Of a stretch of DNA of 64,000 nucleotides, positions 24,701 to 36,700 are shown one piece after another. Origin of the DNA: Malacoraja senta. Its lineage: Eukaryota. The position numbers and the translations under genes were made by a program. Numbering within the stretch: the stretch's first letter is position 1; each line of letters begins with the position of its first letter. The stretch is taken from contig CM075981.1 of the NCBI GenBank assembly GCA_038087875.1, positions 72,850,001 through 72,914,000 on the forward strand, read 5' to 3'. The notes beneath the pieces were generated by a model. It did not search any database. It was given only the letters and a program-made list of their open reading frames with translations, and was not told the origin of the DNA.

Positions 24701-27700
24701 GTTGATTCTTCAGTGGAATCGATCTGTTGATTCTTCAGTGGAATCGATCTGGTGATTCTTCAGTGGAATCGATCTGGTGATTCTTCAGTGGAATCGATCT
24801 GGTGATTCTTCAGTGGAATCGATCTGGTGATTCATCAGTGGAATCGATCTGGTGATTCTTCAGTGGAATCGATCTGGTGATTCTTCAGTGGAATCGATCT
24901 GGTGATTCTTCAGTGGAATCGATCTGGTGATTCTTCAGTGGAATCTCCCCACAGCATGAACATCCTTCCTCAGATAAAGAGACCAAAACTGTACATCGAT
25001 TAGCACGCAACAAAAGCTTTTCATTGTACCTTGGTACACATGACAAAAAAGTAAATTAAACACTGAGCTCGAGATGCCAGTAAATTATCCCAGTTTCTGC
25101 ACTCATTTCCTCTTCCTATGAAGGCCAACAACAAAATTTGCCTTGCTGATACCTGGTTTGTTTGCAAGGTTGATTTGCATGTTATCCAATCAGATCAGTT
25201 ACTACTACACATTAATACAATCAAGTTAAACTCAAGTACAATAAATAGGGCAAAGTACTATAGTGCAGAATACAGTTATGGAGATCAGGCAGGACAATGG
25301 AGACGAGGTCAAGCTCAGATCACCCATGATCTTACTGAATGGCACAGCAAGTTTAAATGTATGAAAGATGACTCCTATTCCTATTTCACATGTTCTTGTA
25401 GATATGATTTAACATTTTGTTTCTACCGCTTCTTTGACAATTTCTCTAATCTGCAAGGGTTATTGCAAATGAATCCCATAATAGCAGGTTTGTTTGTGAT
25501 CACTACAAATTTCATGAAATACTGGGCAAGAGCTGGCCCACAATGAAGAATGTACTTCAAATTGCTCGAGGAACTGTACCAAATCTAAACATTTAGCTCC
25601 TGATTTTATATCACTGAATTGCTTTTGGGGGAGGGAATTATAATAAGAATGTGAATCCTATAAAGTCAGCTAAAATTGTACCTCAAACTATCAGGCAAAT
25701 GATACAAAAGCTTGAAAGCACACACCTTCAGACTCGGGAACAGCTCCCTTGCCTCTGTTCTCAGGTTAAGAACAGTTCTCACACACTTTAGAGCTAATCC
25801 CGATCTTCCAACCTTCCTTCATAGCGACAATGGACTTTTTCTCTATAAATGTAACACTACAATGCTGTAAAACTATATTTTTCACTCTGTTATTGTTCCC
25901 TTTGTACTACCTGTTGTAGTTGTGTATGATTTGATTGTACTCGTGTATAGTATGACATGATTTAATTGATTAAACAAAAGCTCTTCATTGTATCTCGGTA
26001 CACATGACAATAGTATACCTATACCAAGAGAACAGCAAACACCAGCAGCTTCACTTGGGGATGACAGAACGGTATCATTATCACCCCAGATAAATCCAGA
26101 AAAGTGTCAATGCTTCAGAAACCATTCTTATTTCTATGGCAATCTGCACAGAAAATAAATGGGTGTGGAAACCTGGCTTTGAATGACAGACAGTAATAAT
26201 TATTTTTACAGGGTGATTAGTTAATAATATAATTTCACATGAGCTGCTATTGTCATAATCCACAAAAACAAATTATGTGAATATATTTTTATTCTTTAAA
26301 AATTAAGGAGGAAATCTGATGCGGAGTGCACGGAAACATTGAAATGTAGGAAGTTGTCGGTAATACTAAGTTGCCCAACACACTCCATGCTACAACAGTT
26401 CATGTACTTTATTGTTGCTGAGATGGTAAGTAAAATCATTGACTCAATAATAGCATTGATTGATAAAACAGTTGCACCCATTGCTGTCATAATTCCTTAT
26501 ATAGTAAATATAATGCCTGCCTCAATTTATAGAGCATTAGTTACGTACAGTCAGATAAAACAAGTCTGTCCCAAGGTTGACTCATGAAAATGAGAATGAA
26601 AAGTGTTTGAGCACTTCACAAACACTGCAATAAATCACCTGGACCAACCATCTTCCTGCCCAATCAGGGTTGAAATGCTTTTGGTGACAAAAGCAAAGCT
26701 AATTACCTACTGAGATTCCCTAGAATCAGTCCATATGCTTTTACCTACAATTCAAATCACACAGAAAAGGTCTTTGACTACTGCCACGTACTGTGTTTCT
26801 CAACTGAATAGCTTTGAGGTTCAGTTTCTGTATAACAGTTGAAATCTTGGAAAGTTACTGGGTCAGAATGTACTGTGATAATAAAGTGAAAGTTAATCAT
26901 CATCTCCCCTCTATCAAAGGCACCATTATTTATCAGGAATATAGACATAAGGCGGCAGCATTTCTGTTGCCATTCAGTTTATATTACAGCAGGACATAGA
27001 AACATAGAAAATAGGTGCAGGAGTAGGCCATTCGGCCCTTCGAGCCTGCACCGCCATTCAATATGATCATGGCTGATCATCCAACTCAGTATCCTGTACC
27101 TGCTTTCTCTCCATACCCCCTGATCCCTTTAGCCACAAGTGCCACATCTAACTCCCTCTTAAATATAGCCAATGAACTGGCCTCAACTACATTCTGTGGC
27201 AGAGAATTCCAGAGATTCACCACTCTCTGTAAAAAATGTTTTTCTCATCTCAGTCCTAAAAGATTTCCCCTTTATCCTTAAACTGTGACCCCTTGTTCTG
27301 GACTCCCCCAACATCGGGAACAATCTTCCTGCATCTAGCCTGTCCTACCCCTTAAGAATTGTGTACGTTTCTATAAGATCCCCCCTCAGTCTTCTAAATT
27401 CCAGCGAGTACAAGCCAAGTCTATCCAATCTTTCCTCATATGAAAGTCCTGACATCACAGGAATCAGTCTGGTGAACCTTCTCTGTACTCCCTCTATGGC
27501 AAGAATGTCCTTCCTCAGATTAGGAGCCCAAAACTGTACATAATACTCCAGGTGTGCTCTCACCAACACCCTGTACAACTGCAGTAGAACCTCCCTGCTC
27601 CTATACTCAAATCCTTTTGCTATGAAGGACGTTTCTGCATACTTTATAATTTACTTATTAAAAGTCTGATCTTGTTAGTGTGTATATGTGTATATGTGTG

Positions 27701-30700
27701 TGTATATGTGGTCGTCTTTACATCTTCGCAAAAACGCTAGGCGGTAACGATTACATTTTTACATATTTCGATTGACATTTTTCCCGTCGAGGGAAAATCA
27801 CCTTATCTGAACATTTCACGCTTTATTTCTCGACCTATTCTCATTAGTGATTAAAAGTCTAAAAAAGGTCAAAAGACTTTGAAATTAAAACCACCAGCTT
27901 CAAATGATGACATCACAATGGCTCAGCTAGCAGAGACCATCCTCAATGAAGATTTCATCCTATATTTGACACGTTATTCGCGATTAAAGCTTTAAAAATG
28001 GCAACTTTCACAAGATTCTTACATATTTTGATTAACATTTCCCCCCTCGAAGCAGAGACCACTTTCACTGACCATTTTATGCTTTATTTCTTGACTTATC
28101 ACTGATTAAAGTTTTAAAAAATCAATATACCCTTAATTTCAAACCGAACAGCTTCAACTGATGACGTCACAATGGCTCGACTAGCGGGGGAGGGCGAATT
28201 GCTATTGCAACACTCAGGAGAAGTGCAATCGGAATTTTTTTAAAAGATCACTGCTGAGGAAGGCAAGGGGAGTGCTGGAATCTTACGTTCGGGAACAGCT
28301 TAAGTTGGAGGACCACGCCTCCCGTGCGGCTACGGGTTGGGACCGGGTGCGTTGAGGTAACAGACCCAATGGGTCTGCACTTGGTCTAGTTACTATTAAA
28401 GATAGTAATTTTAGTAACAGTGATATATTCTGTTTTAAATAGAAGTTATGCTGCATCATCTTTTATTGATTGGTGATAAGGATACTGTGCATTGTGTTCA
28501 CCTCTTCCACAATTGGACCTTAGCCAGTGACAGTGCCATTCCCAGAGCTGGTTTCATGGTTGTTGTGGGAACAGCTTGAACATTTGGGAAGGATGAGCAC
28601 TTTATCACTGAAGAACATCTTGTGATTTAAAAAGTGCAGATGGGACCTTTGCGTCTTGGCTATTACAGCACTGTTAAATTTATTGTCTGTGATCCATCAG
28701 CAGGCACTCTAGACAATCAGTGCAATGGCAGTGGGAGGAGAAAGTATTGGGAGTTAAATTTGAGGACTTCAGTGCAACATCAATCTTTTGTCCGTTTCTA
28801 AAAGCATGCATTTTCCTTTGAAATGATCTATTTTTCAATTCAATTTGTAGATGCGTTGCTCAAATGTTCAAGGATTTCAGCACCCAGTGACAGATGCTCA
28901 AATGAGTTATAGGGAAGTCCTCTGCTTGAAAATGATGGAAGTAAACATGGAAATTGATAAGAATGGTTTTCCATCTGATCAACGTAATATATTTCTAGAA
29001 AACAGTAAGTGGCTTAAACTTAAGAAGAATTGTTAAGATAAAATTGAAAAATGAAAATGGTCTTCTCAATGTTTGCAAAGTAGATCATTTTGTGTATGAA
29101 GGTCTAGAAATGTTAGTGCGTTCAACAGATCACGCTACAGTGGCACAGATATTTAGTCTTAAAGCTTGGCTTGCTTGAGGCAAGGGGAAAATGTGTTGCC
29201 CGGATTTTGTTTCCCAAGGCTGGACATCGGAGTTGTTCTCACTGGAGACCTGCAATATTTCTCGGGTAGACTGGGATGGCAAAGACTGGAACTATTTATT
29301 GAGAATCCAGAGTTTGGGGGAAAGACTATTACTATTCACAAGGGTTCGAAGGGTGTGGTCATAAAGTCATATTGCTTGAAAACAGATCATTTGGCCCATT
29401 AAGTCCATGCTGATCAGTGGGAACCCATCCATCTTCTCTTATCTTTCACCACTTAGCCCAGAGTCTTCTGCACCTGGGAGATTCAAGTTACCCTCCCGAC
29501 ACTTCTTGAATGTTGTCAGCCACTCTACTGCAACTCTCTCTTGAATTATATTCTAAGTACTCACTATTCTCTCAGTGAGAAATGTCTCTCCCAGACCCCC
29601 TCTAAATATTTAAGGTGGACAAAAGTGCTGGAGAAACTCAGCAGGTGAGGTAGCATCTATGGAGCGAAGGAATAGGTGACGATTCGGGTCGAGACCCTTC
29701 TTCAGACTGATGTGGGCGTAGGGGGGCGGGAAAAAGAAAGGAAGAGGCGGAGACAGTAAGTTGTGGGAGAGCTGTGAAGGGAAGGGGAAGGTGGGAGAAA
29801 GCAAGGACTACCTGAAATTGGAGAAGTCAATGTTGATAACGTTGGGGTGTAAACTACCCAAGCGAAATTTGAGGCGCTGCTCCTCCAATTTGCGGTGGGA
29901 CTGGCCATGGAGAAGGCCCAGGATAGAAAGGTTGGATTCAGAATGGGAGGGGGAGTTGAAGTGCTGAACATCAGGTTGGTAAATGCGAACTGAGCGGAGG
30001 TGTTGGGCGAAGTGATCGCCAAGCCTACGCCAATGTAGAGCAGTTGACACCTAGAACAGCGGATGCAATAGATGAGGTTGGAGGAGGTGCAGGTGAACCT
30101 CTGCCTCACCTGGAAAGACTACTTGGGTCCTTGGATGGAGTCGAGGGGGGAGGTAAAGTGACAATCCCCTCTAAATATTTAATCCATACCCTAAATCTAT
30201 GTTCTTTAGTTTATTTACCTTTGGTATGGGGAAAAGTTTCCAGCAGGCTTTTCTATCTGTGCCCCTAATAATTTTAGGTACTTTCTTAACCTTCTTCGCT
30301 CCAGGGAAAATAGAGATAACCTCTCCAGTCTCTCCTCGTATCAGGATTAAACTTCACCTGCCAATTCTCCGCCCATTTCACTTGCACATCAAGATCATTT
30401 TGTAGCCCAAGACTCTCTTCCACACTGTTAACAACTGCAATAATCTTTGTGTCATCTGAGAACTTGCTGATCATACCACCTTCATCCCCATGCTCATCAC
30501 TTGGGTATATGACCAATAACAAGGGTCTCAGCACTGATTCCTGTGGAACACTACTTATCATAGTCATAGCGTGATACAGTGTGGAAACAGGCCCTTTGGC
30601 CCAACTTGCCCACACACGTCAACATGTCCCAACTATACTAGTCCCACCTGCCAGTGTTTGGTCCATATCACTCTAAACTTGTCCTATCCATGTACCTGTC

Positions 30701-33700
30701 TAACTGTTTCTTAAACATTGGGATAGACCCAGCCTCAACTATCTCCTCGGGCAGCTTGTTCCGTACACCCACCATTCAATGTCATTAGCATTCAATCACA
30801 ATTTTTTTAGTGGAAATGCAGTGGAGATGAGGTCTGAACAGAGGATTCTGCAATGGCCTGGTCTAAAATCTCAAGCATATGTCCTACAAACCCACACGTC
30901 TTTGGGATGTGGAAGTAAAATAGAGTACCCAGACATAACCCATGCTGTCACAGGAAGAATGTGTAAACTTCGCAGACAGTACCTGAGGTCAGGATTGAAG
31001 TTGGATCTTTGGCACTAAGAGGCTGAATACTTTCAGAAATTAGTACCCTTTTTGCTCAGCCTAGTGTTCCGTTTCACCAATAATGTTTACTATTATGTGA
31101 GATTTAAATGTAAAATATTTGTTAATATTTATTTTCACCTAATTGTCGGATGTTTAAAATACATCCTGTTTATACATCCTCATTTAATAAAAACACACAC
31201 ACAATGTGCAGCAGCAGATGGCAGTGTGGGCTCATGCGATAACTTCTCACATGCTAATAGTGATGCATGCTTTTTCTTGATGTGTGTCTGATACACAGAA
31301 AGCTACACAAGTGGAGTCATAGGAGGCATGATACAGCGTGGAAACAGGCCCATCGGCCCAACTTGCCCACACCGGCCAATAAGTACCATCTACACTTCCC
31401 ACCTGCCTGCATTTGGTCCAATATGTGTAGGAAAGAACTGCAGATACTGGTTTAAATCGAAGGTAGACACAAAATGATGGAGTAACTCAGCAGGACAGGC
31501 AGCATCTTGTCCCACCTGCCTTGCATTTGGTCCATATCCCTCTAATCCTGTCCAATCCATGACCTGCCTAAATGTCCATGTAAATGTCAATAGTAGTAAA
31601 GTAATAAAATATAACATCAATTTCCTTTATGTAGATGTGAGTATTGTGAATGTCTAATCATTGATGTATTAGTTCTAAGGAGCTAATTCGTCACTCTAGC
31701 ATCAAACATACTTGCATCTTAGTTTGCAGTTGACATGAAAATTAGTGGAGTGATAATGAAAAAACTTTGTCTAAGGATACAATAGGACATAGATCAGCTG
31801 CAAAGTTGGGTGAAGTGGTGGCAGATGGACTTTGATCAAGCAACTGCGAGTTGATGCACGTTAGCAAGTGAATTCCTTGCAGAAATGGTAGGGACCAGGT
31901 AGGTGCGTTGATGTACAGTGAGTCCTTGGGGTGCAAGTCAATAGGTCCTTGAAAGTAGCAGGTCGATAGGGTAATGAGGATGATTGAGGTGTGGAGTATG
32001 AGGTGGGACATCACGTTGCAGCTTTTCAAAACATTGTTAAAAAATGGTCTAACAATGATAACTAGGAAACATCACTATTCATCTTCCTTCAGTATGAAAA
32101 TAAAATCACTGTAATCCTGTGTTCTCTGTTATTTAACGAACTTTGTATCTTTTCAATCAATGTCCCTTTCTTGCTCTGTCCTTCCACTTTGCTGATAAGG
32201 CTATATGACATTTCACAAAAGTTCCCATCGCTCCTCTTAGATTAATTGTTATTGTAATTCTTTTGTAATTAGCCTGATTCCTACTGCTATTTACAAACCT
32301 GTACTTGTTGCAAGCATCTTTTTCTATTGCTTTTTCTCCCTCTCTTTCATCGCCAAATTTGTTTTTCTTCTTTCTTCTCAACGGAATGCGCTTCCACTGT
32401 ACCTGAAAAGCAGCTGCCTGTTCCACAGTTTAATTGGGCCAGATTCACTTTCTAGCCATTGACATTAGCTTTCCTCCAGTCGATTATTTTTATCCTGGAT
32501 TACTCCACTTTTTCTATACCTAATTAAATGCTGATTAAAGGAACCCAACTGGCTAAATTTAGCAAACATCTTGCAAAGCAGTGGTGAGCCTGATTTAATG
32601 GCACGGCTCAATAGGATTCAGTACAGTTATCCACTAAATATTAGGGAACTCATCCCTGCAAAGATCTCCTGTTGTGGCCTTGGGTCAAATGTTTCTGTAA
32701 TTATTCTCCAATAATGCATGGTTAAGATTGTGATAATTGATGGTACACAAAAATGCTGGAGAAACTCAGCGGTTGCAGCAGTATCTATGGAGCGAAGGAG
32801 ATAGGCAACGTTTCGGGCTGAAACCCTTCTTGATGTTCTCTAGTTGCTCTGTTAGCCGTGTTCCTGAACGGCCGTGGCTACGATGTTATATGATTTGGAT
32901 GAACTGGATGAGGGAATTGAATGCAACATCTCCAAGTTTGCGGATGACACGAAGCTGGGGGGCAGTGTTAGCTGTGAGGAGGATGCTAGGAGGCTGCAAG
33001 GTGACTTGGATAGGTTGGGTGAGTGGGCAAATGCATGGCAGATGCAGTATAATGTGGATAAATGTGAGGTTATTCACTTTGGTGGCAAAAACAGGAAAGT
33101 AGACTATTATCTGAATGGTGGCCGATTAGGAAAAGGGGAGATGCAACGAGATCTGGGTGTCATGGTACACCAGTCATTGAAAGTAGGCATGCAGGTGCAG
33201 CAGGCAGTGAAGAAAGCGAATGGTATGTTAGCATTCATACCAAAAGGATTTGAGTATAAGAGCAGGGAGGTTCTACTGCAGTTGTGCAGGGTCTTGGTGA
33301 GGCCACACCTGGAGTATTGCTTACAGTTTTGGTCGCCAAATCTGAGGAAAGACATTCTTGCCATAGAGGGAGTACAGAGAAGGTTCACCAGACTGATTCC
33401 TGGGATGGCAGGACTTTCATATGAACAAAGACTGGATAGACTCGGCTTGTACTCGCTAGAATTTAGAAGATTGAGGGGGGATCTTATAGAAACTTACAAG
33501 ATTCTTAAGGGGTTGGACAGGCTAGATGCAGGAAGATTGTTCCCGATGTTGGGGAAGTCCAGAACAAGTGGTCACAGTTTAAGGATAAGGGGGAAGTCTT
33601 TTAGGACCGAGATGAGAAAATCATTTTTCACACAGAGTGTGGTGAATCTCTGGAATTCTCTGCCACAGAAGGTAGTTGAGGCCAGTTCATTGGCTATATT

Positions 33701-36700
33701 TAAAAGGGAGTTAGATGTGGCCCTTGTGGCTAAAGGGATCAGGGGGTATGGAGAGAAGACAGGTACAGGATACTGAGTTGGATGATCAGCCATGATCATA
33801 TTGAATGGCGGTGCAGGCTCGAAGGGCCGAATGGCCTACTCCTGCACCTTTTTTTTAATGTTTCTATGTTTCTATATAATTGTAGGTATGTTACAAAACT
33901 TACCTTCAGTCGCGCTGTAATTCTGCCACTGGCCGTGTGCGCGGTTTTTGGCGCCTTTAAGGGGGGGCGGGGTTAAAACACGGGTTTCTCCTCCCTTGTC
34001 CTGGGAATATTTTGTTGGAGTACAAGCCTTGGCTGACAAAATCGTTCCTACCGGCGTTTTGTGAATTTTTTATTTTTATTAAATCGTCAATGTCAGCGCT
34101 ACAGTAATTTTAAAAGCAGCTCCTGAAGCGTCAACGCCGATAACGGGGACGGATTTCACACACGGGACAGGTAAACGAAAGTGCTTTCTTTAAATGTATA
34201 AAAGTGCTTCTTAAAAAGCCTTTAATTCACATTTTGTCATGCGACACGGTGATTTTATTCCCCGAATTAACGGCAGTATTTTTCATGCCAATACGGGGTT
34301 AAATTCACCGCAAATCAACGTTCCAAAAGATCGCGTTCCAGTAATCCTCACTCGCAAGATGAATTAAATGCCCATTAATTTACAGGTATTAAACATTCAA
34401 TTCCTTCCATTTGGCCTGTAAATTCATGAAAATTAGATTTAAAAATTATGTTATATTGTGAATTATTGTGTGAATGTTATTGGGACACTTAGGCTATTTA
34501 AAAATGTTAATCTATTCTTAAGAAATTGATAGATTTTTAGATCTAGTAATTGAATTTTGTAATTAGCTACAATTAGGTAACTAACTAATTATATGCTTTA
34601 CTTTCATGTCTTCGAAGTAAGATTGTTTCATATTTGTTTCAGAATGCTTCAATCTATAATACCTGAAAATTTCTTTCAATTATCATTATTTTTAAGAAAG
34701 TTATGGGCTTTTAACTGTCCTCGATCACAGCTTTTGTGTTAAGTCAATGGAAAAGCAATAGGGAACTAGATGCTAATTTCTGAGTATGATAATGGCCATA
34801 ACATTTTTAATACTGAAGATATGAAAGTGAATTAAGTGTCAAATTAAACTTCTTTTTATGCTTTATCTGATGGGATAAATTGCAGACGTTATTTTTAAAA
34901 TCTCAAAATTTTGTAACATTGCTAATAATTGATGATAAAATTATCAATGATTATATTATTAAATGTTTTTTTCTCTCTATCTTTGTTTCCAGAGAACACC
35001 AAAGAGTGTGAGATGTATTAGCAATGGCATGTAGTATTCATGATTTAACGTTAATTGTTTATGATCAAATTTTCTGATTAAATGTATATTTTATGCAGTA
35101 TCGCTTTGTGGGATGATGGGATATTCTGATTTTTACAAGCCCAGGTGGTATAAAACCATTCTGTCATGGCAGCAATCATTAGGTTGCTTTGACTATAAAG
35201 GTGAGTTGATTGATTAATATTAATTGTTTAAAATGGAAACTACTGTTTATGTGCCAGATACAAACAACTTCCACCAACCTGTTAAATTTGCTGACTATAC
35301 AAGAGTAGAGGAACAAGAACAGGAGCTGGCCTTTTCATCCTTTGTCATTCAGTGAGATCATGGCTGATTTGTGATCGATCTGCCTGATCCTACATTTTTT
35401 ATTTTATTCATGAAGGAAGAGTGAAAGAAAATAAATTATAGGACAATTAGCTTAATATCAGTGAAAGGGAAAATGTTCAAAGCTGTTATCAAACAAATTA
35501 TATCAGATTATTTAGAAAAATTCAAGGGAAACCAACAAAGTCAATGTGCTGGTAGACAAAAGTGCTGGAGAAACTCAGCGGGTGCAGCAGCATCTATGGA
35601 GCAAAGGAAATAGGCAATGTTTCGGGCCGAAACCCTTCTTCAGACAATGTGCTTTTGTGAAAAGGAATTTGTTTGACTAAATTATTGAAGTCCTTTGAAT
35701 AAGCTACAAATGCTGTACTGAAAGGGAACCGGTGTATGTATAATACAGTAAACTTTTTTTTGGACCTCTTTATAACTGATTTCGGTTATAGTGGTCGAAC
35801 CAACAGATGACTGCTGACGCCAACCTCGGCTTGCATCCCCTCGTCAGTTGCTTACAGTCCGAGTTGCCAAGCCACCCTGACTGTCTACTCCAACCCCAGC
35901 TCACACCGTCTCTCCTGCCGCATACATCCCTGGCTGCCCAAGCCACCTCTGGCTTGCACAGCCTCCCATGCCTCTTGCTGTCCTGGCTGCCCACGCCACA
36001 CCCGCTCACCTCACCTCCCCTGCCACTTGCAGTCCCAGCTGCCCACACCACCCTGACTGCCCACGCCAACCTTGGTTCGCACAGCCTCCCCTGCCGCTTA
36101 CAGCCCTGGCTGCCCACGCCACACCCGCTTGAACCACCTCCCATGCCGCTTGCTGCCAACACCTAACGTGGACACCGGCCGCTCACGGGCCACAACCATT
36201 GACTCTCCCGATCCTCACCTCTCCCCCGGCCACAGGCAGGCTGGGGCCGTCAACTCACCTGGATTCCAGGCCCAGTTCAAGACCGAGTGTCTGAAGAAGT
36301 CTCGACCTGAAACCTCACCTATCCATGATCTCCAGAGATGCTGCCTGCCCTGCTGAGTTACTTTGTGTCCAGCACTTTGTGTCCTTTTGTACATTAACCA
36401 GCAACTGCAGTTGTTTGTTTCTGCTACTTATACAATGATAATACCGTACTTGGTTATAGCGGACAATCAGTAATAACGGAGACCATTCCTCACCCTATGG
36501 TCTGTTATAACGAGAGTTTACTGTATTTGGATTTGCAGAAAGCCTTTGATAAAATATCACATGAAAGGTTAAAAATAAAAATAAAATCTTGTGCTGCAGG
36601 AACTAACATAATGGTGTGGGGAGAAGGCTGACTGGCCAGCAGGATACAGAGCGTAGGCACAATTGGACTTTTATATGGTTGATAAAATGTAACAAGTGAA

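Larger units (their letters stand above)
14451..35258 (+). repeat. Segmental duplication unit A (matches 42663-64000)
   Basis: Collinear near-identical sequence, offset ~28.2-29.1 kb; the ORF track is duplicated. Confidence 0.97.

Noticed and set aside
24683-24945. CRISPR-like array
   Set aside because: Units are contiguous with no unique spacers, there are no cas genes, and the context is a eukaryotic intron.
32874-33776. 300-aa ORF as a host gene
   Set aside because: It is 5'-truncated CR1 ORF2 with the typical 3' tail.
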